Of a stretch of DNA of 64,000 nucleotides, positions 9,277-17,649 are shown piece after piece. Each line of letters begins with the position of its first letter. The stretch's first letter is position 1. This DNA is from Acetomicrobium hydrogeniformans. GTDB taxonomy: Bacteria; Synergistota; Synergistia; Synergistales; JAFGMB01. The stretch is from NCBI GenBank assembly GCA_016841745.1, contig JAENYO010000007.1:9408-73407 (forward strand). Reading direction: 5' to 3'. A model generated the notes under the pieces. The model had not been told where the DNA came from, searched no databases, and was given only the letters and a program-made list of their open reading frames with translations. The translations under genes and the position numbers were made by a program.

Positions 9277-9903
9277 ATGACCCTTCATATAGGCGCCATA
9301 GACGATGATCCTGATATTTTATATACATTGGAGGCAATGGCCTCGACCCAGGGTTGGTACATGGTTACCAGTACTGATCCTCAAACCTGTTTTCAATGGA
9401 TATCCGGTAAAGAGATAGATATCCTTCTTGTTGACTTTCATATGCCGGAAATGAATGGCCTGGAGGTTATCAGAAAAGCAAGGGAATTGTCCGGTGATGT
9501 GGTTCTTATAGCCCTGACCATAGAAGATGACGAAAAACTTGCTTCTGAACTGTTACTTGCAGGGGCGGATGATTTTATTACCAAACCCATACATCTGGCA
9601 GATTTCAAGGCCAGGATAAGGCTCCATGGAAAACTGGTTATTCAGAGACGGTCCATGAACTGGGATGAACGGAAGAAAGGTATCAGCAGTGATACCCTGC
9701 ACAGGGTTTTGGTCTATATACGGGATAGTAGAACTGATATTAACTGTGAAGACGTTTCAGCTCAATGCGATCTTTCTTATGTTACTGCCCACAGGTATAT
9801 GGAGTACCTGTCCAACCGCGGGTTGGTGGTTAAGACAAGTATTTTACAGGATGGGAAACCGGGACGTCCACGGTCATTCTACCGATGGTGTCTAGATAAA
9901 TGA
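9277..9903 (+). CDS. response regulator (REC + C-terminal HTH, CitB/DcuR-like)
   Basis: Acidic pocket DDD, phospho-acceptor in LLVDFHMPEMNG, and conserved T and KP. The C-terminal HTH-like segment is DVSAQCDLSYVTAHRYMEYL. RBS GGAGG. Confidence 0.8.
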   Translation: MTLHIGAIDDDPDILYTLEAMASTQGWYMVTSTDPQTCFQWISGKEIDILLVDFHMPEMNGLEVIRKARELSGDVVLIALTIEDDEKLASELLLAGADDFITKPIHLADFKARIRLHGKLVIQRRSMNWDERKKGISSDTLHRVLVYIRDSRTDINCEDVSAQCDLSYVTAHRYMEYLSNRGLVVKTSILQDGKPGRPRSFYRWCLDK

Positions 9904-9921
9904 ATTTCAGGGGGAAATGTT

Positions 9922-11169
9922 ATGGGGAGACATAGCCTTTTATTTGGGAAGTCCCATGTTGAGTTTGATCTTGAAGGCCCCGTCAATTATCCCAGGGGAG
10001 CTGACTTCAAGATTGATGCCAATACGCCGGCAGAAGCGCTGAAAGACCCACTGGGTTCTCCGGGGCTGGAGGAAATGGCAGAAAGAGTTTCCAGTATAGC
10101 TGTAGTAATTCCAGACGCCACAAGATCCTGGCAGAATGTCAGCCTTATGGCTGAAGCAGTGAGGTTCTCCCTTGGAAAGGTTGAAAGAGTGGACTGGATC
10201 ATAGGTGGAGGCCAGCACCGCCTTCCAACCGAGGAAGAGATCTACCTTCTTCTGGGAAATGCCAGGCGGGAAAAGGATCACCTTTATTTTCATGATTCCA
10301 ATCTTTACGTTGATACTGGACTGGTTACTTCAGGTGGTAATCCTGTAACCCTTCATCGAAAAGTCTTTGAGGTGGAACTGGTAGTACTTATCGGCGGTAT
10401 CGCCTATCACGATCTGGCAGGTTTCAGTGGGGGAAGAAAAGCAATAATCCCCGGTATTAGTGGAAGGGAGTCAATTATCAAGAACCATTCCTTTTGCCTT
10501 GAGAATGGGATTATAGTACCTTCCATCGGATGCGGCAAACTTAAAGGTAATCCTGTACATGAGGATATGATGGAATATGCAGGTTTTGCTATGGCGGGTA
10601 AACAGGTCTTTATCCTCAATGTCATTCCTGATGAAAAGGGTTTACCCTGGCGGTATGTTGCTGGAGATCTTGTCTCAGCCTGGGAAAGAGGTGTTAAGAC
10701 AGCCCAGGAGCTCCAGACTCTATGGGTTCCGGAAAAAGCAGACTGGGCAATTGTATCACCCGGGGGATATCCCTATGATATAGACCTATACCAGGCTACA
10801 AAATCAATAAGTGCAGTTCTTGGGGCTTTGAAGAAAGGTAGTGCCATCGTTATAGTTGCAGAACTCGAGGATGGAAGTGGTCCGGGAGATTATGGTGAAG
10901 TCCTTGAAGTGAGCATGAAAGATCCACGGAGAATCCTGGCTGAGCTGGAGAGAGATTTTACCATTCCGGCCTTCTGTGCCTTTAAACTGGTTCTTGACCT
11001 TAATGCACATCCGTCCATCCTTGTCTCGTCCCAAAGAGGCGTGCCCTTTCCCGGATTGGTATGCAATTCGGCAGGAGAGGCCATCAAAATCCTGAAGACA
11101 AGAGGATTACTGGATGGAGTAGGGCTTATCCTGCCTGCAGGCAACTCTGTGGTACTTCAGAGTAAATAA
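9922..11169 (+). CDS. LarA-like nickel-pincer-cofactor-dependent racemase/epimerase (DUF2088 family)
   Basis: 415 aa. The motifs GGGQHRLPTEEE, YHDLAGFSGGRKAIIPG and IKNH correspond to the LarA catalytic His, the cofactor-tethering Lys and the Ni-binding His regions, recalled from memory. Confidence 0.7.
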   Translation: MGRHSLLFGKSHVEFDLEGPVNYPRGADFKIDANTPAEALKDPLGSPGLEEMAERVSSIAVVIPDATRSWQNVSLMAEAVRFSLGKVERVDWIIGGGQHRLPTEEEIYLLLGNARREKDHLYFHDSNLYVDTGLVTSGGNPVTLHRKVFEVELVVLIGGIAYHDLAGFSGGRKAIIPGISGRESIIKNHSFCLENGIIVPSIGCGKLKGNPVHEDMMEYAGFAMAGKQVFILNVIPDEKGLPWRYVAGDLVSAWERGVKTAQELQTLWVPEKADWAIVSPGGYPYDIDLYQATKSISAVLGALKKGSAIVIVAELEDGSGPGDYGEVLEVSMKDPRRILAELERDFTIPAFCAFKLVLDLNAHPSILVSSQRGVPFPGLVCNSAGEAIKILKTRGLLDGVGLILPAGNSVVLQSK

Positions 11170-11229
11170 AATGGAGGGGCCGTCAAAGCCCCTCCTGTAT
11201 TTCCTTAAACTGTGGTCTAGATGCTGTGG

Positions 11230-11985
11230 TTATTCCTTGAACCATTTAGCCTTCATATTATCCAGTTCACCTGATTTGACCATTTCATCAAGGGCCTTGT
11301 TTACTGCTTCGGTAAAATCTCCTTCATCGAGGTTCATGGCAAGGGCCTTGCCAGAACCTGTTATTTCGTGATCAAAGGCGATTTTGACCTTGCCTTCAAA
11401 GTCCTTCTGTTCGACGAATTTCAGTGCAACTGGTCTGTCCATTAGAGTTGCGTCAGCCCTTCCCAATGCAACTTCCCTTACGCAGTCATCAAATTTCTGG
11501 AAGGGTTTTACCGAAACTCCTTCGATGGATTTAGCGTAAGCGTCCTGAACCGTCCCGAGCTGGGCTGTAACCACTTTACCATTCAGGTCTTCAATATTTT
11601 TGATAGAATTGTTGTCTGCATTGACTATGAAAGTGCTTAGAGATATTTCATAGGGAGTTGAAAAGGAGACCTTTTTTGCCCTTTCTGCGGTGGCACTCAA
11701 GCCCGCAGCTATTATATCGATCTTTTTCGAGAGAAGAGCGGGTATCAGGCTGTCAAAGGGCATATCCACCCATTCCACTTTCTTTCCGATCTTTTCCGCA
11801 ATAGCTTCCATCATCTCGATATCGAATCCCTTAAGGTTATTATTTTCATCTCTGAATTCATAGGGGGGGTAGGTGCTCTCGGTCCCGACTTTTATGACAT
11901 CGTTATCGAGAACACCCGCCCAAGTAGTAACGCCAACAGATAGAATTGCAGTAATCAGTAAAATTATTATATACATCTTTTTCAT
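11230..11985 (-). CDS. polar amino-acid ABC transporter substrate-binding protein (family 3 SBP), orphan
   Basis: 251 aa with a signal peptide. Typical motifs include TYPPYEF, GFDIE, and the SLIPALLSKKIDII..GLS region. No permease or ATPase genes lie adjacent. Confidence 0.85.
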   Translation of the reverse strand: MKKMYIIILLITAILSVGVTTWAGVLDNDVIKVGTESTYPPYEFRDENNNLKGFDIEMMEAIAEKIGKKVEWVDMPFDSLIPALLSKKIDIIAAGLSATAERAKKVSFSTPYEISLSTFIVNADNNSIKNIEDLNGKVVTAQLGTVQDAYAKSIEGVSVKPFQKFDDCVREVALGRADATLMDRPVALKFVEQKDFEGKVKIAFDHEITGSGKALAMNLDEGDFTEAVNKALDEMVKSGELDNMKAKWFKE

Positions 11986-12196
11986 TATAAATTTCCTCCA
12001 GATAAACTAAAGTTAAGTATTATTTTTTATTATAAACAATAATACTTTTTTAGAAAGGATAATGGCTTAAGTCACTTTTGTCAATAGAGTAAAGTGAAAA
12101 ATCAACAGAGGGATGTAAATTCTCTGGTTACAGATTTCTCAATGTTGAGAACTTGAGCGCTTTCTGGTATTTAATTTAGTAAAATGAAAAAAAGAG

Positions 12197-13411
12197 GTGA
12201 CCCCTTTGTACTGGAGCAGTTTATTTAACGTCAGAATGAAAAGACTTAATCCTTCAGTTATCCAGGAGATGATGACTCTTATTTCAAAGCCCGGCTGCAT
12301 CAGTTTTACAGCTGGAGAGCCTTCTATGGATCTTCATCCTCTGGAAAAGATCAGATCTGCCTTTGATGAAACACTTTTCAATGACCCGGAAGTACTAGCC
12401 TATTCGGAACCTTCCGGAGATCCGGGCCTCAGGGCATGGATCTCCTCCTGGCTGGAGAAAAATCAATATGCCGCAAGCAATCCGGGAATGGAGAGGATCT
12501 TTTTGACCAATGGTTCTCAAGCCGGGCTTAATTTTATTTCCCTTATGTTTTTAAAAGAAGGGGATAAAATACTTGTTGAAGATCCTTCCTATACAGAGGC
12601 CATATTGTCTTTCGGAAAGGAAGGGGTGGAATTTCTCCCTGTCCCGTTGAAGGAAGAAGGGCCTGACCTTCAGGTGATGGAAGATTTCCTGAAGAAGAAC
12701 AGGGTTTCTTTTTTCTACTCAATTCCCACCTTCCAGAATCCTTCCGGAAGAAGTATTTCCAAAGAAAGAAAGAGGGAAATCCTCAAGCTTGCAGAGAGGT
12801 ATGATTTCCTGATAGTGGAGGATGATCCTTATCGGGAACTATGGTTTGATTCTCCTCCGCCTGCTACATTCCTGAGCCTTTCCAGAGATGACGAAAGAGT
12901 CATTTACCTTGGCAGCTTTTCCAAGATCATTGCTCCCGGGCTGAGATGTGGATATATGGTTCTGCCGCTTTCCGTTATGAAGAAAGCGGCAGAACTCAGA
13001 GTTGCCCTTGAGATCAATCTTCCCGCCATTATTCATAAGACAGTTCTCAAGGTGGTTGATGACCCTCTTTTTTCTCTGCACCTTGATAATATCAGAAGTA
13101 CATACAGGTTAAGACGAGATAGTATGGTGAAAAATGTAAATGAACTGTTAACTCCCCTGGGATTCAGCTTTTCACCTCCACAGGGTGGTTTCTTTATTTG
13201 GGGAAGTATGAAGGGACTTAATGGGCTGGAATTTTCACGCTATGCAGCTATCAATGAAAAGATAGGTGTAATACCAGGAGAGGGTTTTTTCGTAGGAGCG
13301 GGAGGAGAAAACTATCTGCGATTTTCCTTTGCCCAGGTTCTTGAGGATCAGTCCAGGGAGGGTGTTATTCGTCTCAGTAGAGCCTTGAAGAATTTTGTGA
13401 GAACAGAGTAA
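12197..13411 (+). CDS. PLP-dependent aminotransferase, class I/II
   Basis: SFSKIIAPGLRCGY contains the PLP-lysine motif. NPSGR and the overall fold-type I pattern are present. The start is uncertain (GTG 12197, TTG 12206 or ATG 12236). Confidence 0.8.
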   Translation: MTPLYWSSLFNVRMKRLNPSVIQEMMTLISKPGCISFTAGEPSMDLHPLEKIRSAFDETLFNDPEVLAYSEPSGDPGLRAWISSWLEKNQYAASNPGMERIFLTNGSQAGLNFISLMFLKEGDKILVEDPSYTEAILSFGKEGVEFLPVPLKEEGPDLQVMEDFLKKNRVSFFYSIPTFQNPSGRSISKERKREILKLAERYDFLIVEDDPYRELWFDSPPPATFLSLSRDDERVIYLGSFSKIIAPGLRCGYMVLPLSVMKKAAELRVALEINLPAIIHKTVLKVVDDPLFSLHLDNIRSTYRLRRDSMVKNVNELLTPLGFSFSPPQGGFFIWGSMKGLNGLEFSRYAAINEKIGVIPGEGFFVGAGGENYLRFSFAQVLEDQSREGVIRLSRALKNFVRTE

Positions 13412-13509
13412 AAAGCCGATGTGATGTGAGATAAAGCTGATCTGTTCGGTTATTCATCTGTTCAGATGTATAATATAGTCATGATTCAGATTGGAAAGAG
13501 GAGATATCC

Positions 13510-14169
13510 ATGGAAGGCTGGAGACTTTATGCCGGAGAAATGGTCACTACACAGATCTACTCCAGGGGGATATTGAACACTAACCTTCTTGAAGCCATGA
13601 AAAATATTCCAAGACATATGTTCGTTCCACTTGAATACCAGAGACTTTCCTATTCAGACTGTGCTGTACCCATAGGTTTGGATCAGACTATTTCACAGCC
13701 ATATATGGTGGCTAAAATGACAGACCTCCTGGTACCATCACCTGAAGAGGGAACAAAGATACTTGAGATCGGTACAGGGTCCGGTTACCAGGCGGCCGTC
13801 CTTTCAGAGATGGGAATGGTAGTGAACTCCATTGAGAGGATTGAAGAACTTGGGATCAGGGCACAGAAAGTTCTAAGGGAGCTTGGCTATTCCGCAAAGG
13901 TCCTGGTGTCTGATGGAAGAAACGGGTATGAACCAGATTCGCCCTATGACGGGATCATTGTTACCGCTGCTTCAGACAGGATAGAGGATGCATGGATGAA
14001 TCAGTTGGCCAATGGAGGAAGGATCGTCATACCTCTCAGGATAAAACCGGGTCTGGAACAGCTACTGGTAAGGGTAAAACGGGGTTCTCAATGTCAGGAT
14101 ACATGGTATGATTACTGTCAGTTCGTCCCGCTCTTAAAGGGAGTAATTGTTGATGATCCCTTTTCATAA
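13510..14169 (+). CDS. pcm: protein-L-isoaspartate O-methyltransferase
   Basis: QTISQPYMVA and the SAM motif ILEIGTGSGYQAAVL are present. 219 aa. RBS GAGGAG. Confidence 0.9.
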   Translation: MEGWRLYAGEMVTTQIYSRGILNTNLLEAMKNIPRHMFVPLEYQRLSYSDCAVPIGLDQTISQPYMVAKMTDLLVPSPEEGTKILEIGTGSGYQAAVLSEMGMVVNSIERIEELGIRAQKVLRELGYSAKVLVSDGRNGYEPDSPYDGIIVTAASDRIEDAWMNQLANGGRIVIPLRIKPGLEQLLVRVKRGSQCQDTWYDYCQFVPLLKGVIVDDPFS

Positions 14170-14203
14170 AAAGGGATCTCCGGGTATTGTTAATTATTGC
14201 TTA

Positions 14204-14233
14204 TTGACACAGAGTCCGGGCCCTTTGTATAAT
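14204..14233 (+). promoter_or_regulatory. sigma70-type promoter of the lysA leader
   Basis: TTGACA (14204-14209), an 18-nt spacer, then TATAAT (14228-14233). Confidence 0.5.
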
Positions 14234-14289
14234 AGCCCGCAATCTGGAACACTTTAAGATCTTTCTCGTTTGAATATTGTAAAGGCAAT

Positions 14290-14541
14290 GAAACGGGACG
14301 TCTTAGGACATAATCGTTGACAGAGAAGGATATCCACCGGCTGAAAAATATCCTCAACGAGATCTTAAGGCATAAAGCCCGCGGAGCTGGAGCTGAAAGA
14401 GATTATTCGAAGTAAGCTTCCCGGGTCAGGTCTCCGTAAAAGGGCTTATAAGCGGGATATTCGTAGAATGTCCAAGCAGGGTGGTACCGCGAGATCATAT
14501 ATCAGAGACTCGTCCCTACAGTGGGATGAGTCTCTTTTTTT
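14290..14541 (+). promoter_or_regulatory. T-box leader (tRNA-sensing riboswitch), predicted Lys (AAA) specifier
   Basis: Stem I elements are CAGAGAAGG and CCGGCTGAAA. The specifier loop is TCTTAAGGCATAAAG, with AAA at 14374-14376 followed by a purine. Also present are the box GAAGTAAG, the F-box-like CCGTAA, and the T-box AGGGTGGTACCGCGAG (14478-14493). The terminator GAGACTCGTCCC/GGGATGAGTCTC plus a T-run runs to 14541. Confidence 0.8.
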
Positions 14542-14591
14542 ATGTGATCAGGAAACAGGATTGAAAGATAAATCTGCCGGGAGGTATCTGG

Positions 14592-15881
14592 ATGAAAAGA
14601 AAAAATAATCTGATCTTTGGAGGATGGGATGTAGTCGATCTGGCTTCCCGTTTTGGGACTCCTCTCTATGTCCTTTCAGAGGATGCGATAAGGGACCGGT
14701 GCAGGGAGGTTCAGTCCTGTTTCCTGAAAAAGTATGAAAATACCCATGCTGTCTATGCCAGCAAGGCTTTTCTTACCCTTGCCATGTGTCGCATTCTTGA
14801 AACTGAGGGAATTGGGCTTGATGTTGTTTCGGGAGGAGAGATATACACGGCTGCAAAAGCAGGATTTTCCATGGAAAAACTGATTTTCCATGGAAATAAC
14901 AAATCACCTGATGAACTCAGGTTAGCCCTTGAAAAGGGTGTTGGCAGAATAGTAGTAGACAGTGAGAATGAATATGACATCCTCGAAGGGATAGCAGAAG
15001 AAGTGGAGAGTGAGGCAGATATCCTTTTTAGGGTTGCTCCTGGAGTGGATGCCCATACCCATAAATACATCGCTACGGGACACACCGCTTCCAAATTTGG
15101 CATGCCTGTACTGGGAGATGGAATAACAAGGATTGTCGAGAGGGCAATGACTTCCAGGTTCCTCCATCTCAAGGGGTTCCATTTTCATGTAGGTTCACAA
15201 CTGAAAGATAACATGTCTCATCTTATGGCAGTCAATGTCCTTCTGGATCTGATATCCAATGTCAGGGACAGGTCTGGTTTTCTGACTGAGGAACTTAATG
15301 TGGGAGGTGGTTTTGGAGTCCCCGAGTTACCTGGTGAAGATCCGGTAAAGCTTTCTGATTTTATAGATCCCGTAATGGAGAGGATCATCTCTGGGTGTGA
15401 AGATAGAGGTTTGAGAATACCCCAGACTATCATAGAACCTGGACGGTGGATAGTATCCGAAGCCGGTATTACCTTATATTCTATAGGTTTACTCAAGGAA
15501 ATTCCTGGCGTCATTACCTATGTTAGTGTAGACGGCGGGATGACTGATAACCCCAGGCCGGCACTCTATGGAGCGCTTTATCATGGGGTAGTGGCCAACA
15601 GAATGGATGAAAAAGCTTCCATGAAAGTGTCAGTTGTAGGAAAATGTTGTGAATCGGGGGATGTGCTGATCCGCGACCTTGAAATCCCTTCAATCAAACC
15701 CGGGGATATTCTGGCTGTTTTTAACACTGGAGCATATAATTTTTCCATGGCCAGTAATTATAATCGGAATCCCCGTCCGGGATTGATCCTGGTAAGTGAA
15801 GGAAAGGCTGATATCATAGTGGAAAGACAAACTTATGAAGATCTCCTTAGAGGAGAAACAATTCCTGAACATCTTAAATAA
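14592..15881 (+). CDS. lysA: diaminopimelate decarboxylase
   Basis: 429 aa. Fold-type III PLP decarboxylase motifs include YASKAF, HFHVGSQ, GGGFG and CESGD. RBS GGGAGG. Confidence 0.95.
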   Translation: MKRKNNLIFGGWDVVDLASRFGTPLYVLSEDAIRDRCREVQSCFLKKYENTHAVYASKAFLTLAMCRILETEGIGLDVVSGGEIYTAAKAGFSMEKLIFHGNNKSPDELRLALEKGVGRIVVDSENEYDILEGIAEEVESEADILFRVAPGVDAHTHKYIATGHTASKFGMPVLGDGITRIVERAMTSRFLHLKGFHFHVGSQLKDNMSHLMAVNVLLDLISNVRDRSGFLTEELNVGGGFGVPELPGEDPVKLSDFIDPVMERIISGCEDRGLRIPQTIIEPGRWIVSEAGITLYSIGLLKEIPGVITYVSVDGGMTDNPRPALYGALYHGVVANRMDEKASMKVSVVGKCCESGDVLIRDLEIPSIKPGDILAVFNTGAYNFSMASNYNRNPRPGLILVSEGKADIIVERQTYEDLLRGETIPEHLK

Positions 15882-15933
15882 TTTATCGAGCTTTAAATAT
15901 TTATTTAATTCAAAACAGGGGGGAAAAGAGATA

Positions 15934-17586
15934 ATGAGTGAAAAAACTAATCATCGTGTTATTGTTTTTTCTATGGCTGTCTGTATTGTTCTTGTTTTTG
16001 CGGGAATGTGTCTGGGAGCAGAAGGAGATATGCCGAATTTCGGGGTTCTCTCTTTACTGCCTCCACTTCTGGCAATAGGCCTGTGTATCATTACCAAGGA
16101 AGTGATACCTTCTCTTTTCGTCGGTATATGGGTTGCAGGGACCATGCTTGCAGGCTGGAACCCGATCCTGGGCTTTGGTAAAGCGGTAGAATCACTTTGG
16201 AACAGTCTTGGCGACCCATGGGGAGCCCGGATCGTACTTACAAGTCTTACCATGGGTGGACTTGTCGGTGTCATGAAGGTGGGGGGAGGTATTGATGCCG
16301 CAATACAGTGGATAACCGGAAGGGTCAAAAGTCCAAGGGGAGCCATGTTTTTCACAGAACTTGCAGGTTTTATAATTTTCTTTGAGGATTATGTCAACAC
16401 GGCAGTTGTAGGAACCACTATGTCACCTATTACTGACCGGTACAGGATATCAAAGGAAAAACTTTCCTATATAGTTGATACAACTGCAGCACCTATTGCA
16501 TGTATTGCCGGTATTTCTTCATGGATAGCCTATATGGTGGGACAGATAGGCAGCCAGTTCAATGAACTCGGTATAACTGTCTCTCCATACGTTACTTATC
16601 TGAAATCCATCCCCTTCGTTCTCTATAACATCGTGGCCCTTGTCCTTCTTACTTACGTCGTCTTTTCCCAGAGGGATTTTGGTCCCATGCTTACCGCTGA
16701 AAGACGGGCCAGGAAGACTGGTAAAGTCCTTCGTGACGGGGCCCAACCCCTTGTCAATACAAACGTGGAGGGAACTATTGCTGATAAGAATTGCCCCAGG
16801 AGAGGTATCAATTTTGTTCTTCCAATAGTATTTCTCGTTTCACTCATCTTCCTGATGCTTATCATTACCGGAGGGTGGCCAGAGGTACCTGTAGCCACAG
16901 CAATAGGCGAAGGCAGTAGCTCCAAGGCCCTTGTCTGGGGCGCCTTTGGTTCTGTATTTCTTACCATAGCTCTGTATGGTGTACAGGGGCTCGCTTCAAC
17001 CCAGAAACTGTTTAAGGGATATATGGAAGGCATGATGTCCATATTTGTTGGCACCATAATACTTGTCTTTGCCTGGGGGATAGGATCTTCCATAAAACAG
17101 GTGGGTACTGCGGCATACATTGTCAGCATTGCAGGAGATATCCTTTCTCCGGGTTGGATACCTGTTATAACCTTTATTACCGGAGCGATAATATCCTTCT
17201 GTACAGGTACATCCTACGGAACAATGGGTATCCTGATGCCCATTGTTGTGCCTCTGGTCTACAAGGTTTCCCAGGGTGCAGGTATAGACCCCATGATGTT
17301 CATGATCCCAACCATTGGAGCGGTCTTTGCTGGAGCTGTCTGGGGGGACCACTGCAGTCCCATTTCCGATACCACCATCATGTCTTCCATGTTCAGCGGA
17401 GCTGACCACATGGATCATGTAAACACCCAGATACCATATGCTCTTACTGCAGCAGCAGGTGCCCTCGTGGGATATATAGGGGTAGCAATGGGGCTCCCTG
17501 CAATTGCCAATATTGCCATATCAGCAGTTGTGGCCTGTTTTATCTTCAGGATCATATCCAGGCCTATCGAAGTTTCTGTACCCTGA
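15934..17586 (+). CDS. NhaC-family membrane transporter (LysW-like candidate lysine transporter)
   Basis: Polytopic membrane protein of the Na+/H+ antiporter NhaC type. It lies downstream of lysA in the same T-box-controlled unit. I chose the start at ATG 15934 after GGGGGGA; the ORF track starts at 15835, inside lysA. Confidence 0.75.
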   Translation: MSEKTNHRVIVFSMAVCIVLVFAGMCLGAEGDMPNFGVLSLLPPLLAIGLCIITKEVIPSLFVGIWVAGTMLAGWNPILGFGKAVESLWNSLGDPWGARIVLTSLTMGGLVGVMKVGGGIDAAIQWITGRVKSPRGAMFFTELAGFIIFFEDYVNTAVVGTTMSPITDRYRISKEKLSYIVDTTAAPIACIAGISSWIAYMVGQIGSQFNELGITVSPYVTYLKSIPFVLYNIVALVLLTYVVFSQRDFGPMLTAERRARKTGKVLRDGAQPLVNTNVEGTIADKNCPRRGINFVLPIVFLVSLIFLMLIITGGWPEVPVATAIGEGSSSKALVWGAFGSVFLTIALYGVQGLASTQKLFKGYMEGMMSIFVGTIILVFAWGIGSSIKQVGTAAYIVSIAGDILSPGWIPVITFITGAIISFCTGTSYGTMGILMPIVVPLVYKVSQGAGIDPMMFMIPTIGAVFAGAVWGDHCSPISDTTIMSSMFSGADHMDHVNTQIPYALTAAAGALVGYIGVAMGLPAIANIAISAVVACFIFRIISRPIEVSVP

Positions 17587-17649
17587 GAAGCTCATAAAAA
17601 TACAAAAGCCATTTTAACCGGGAGGCGTTTTTCCGCTTCCCGGTTCTTT

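Noticed and set aside
14240-14541. L-box (lysine) riboswitch upstream of lysA, the expected regulator for this gene
   Set aside because: The leader contains the GGGTGGTACCGCG T-box, an F-box and Stem I AGAGA/GNUGNNA-type motifs. I did not recognise the L-box helix-junction core. This needs cmsearch confirmation.
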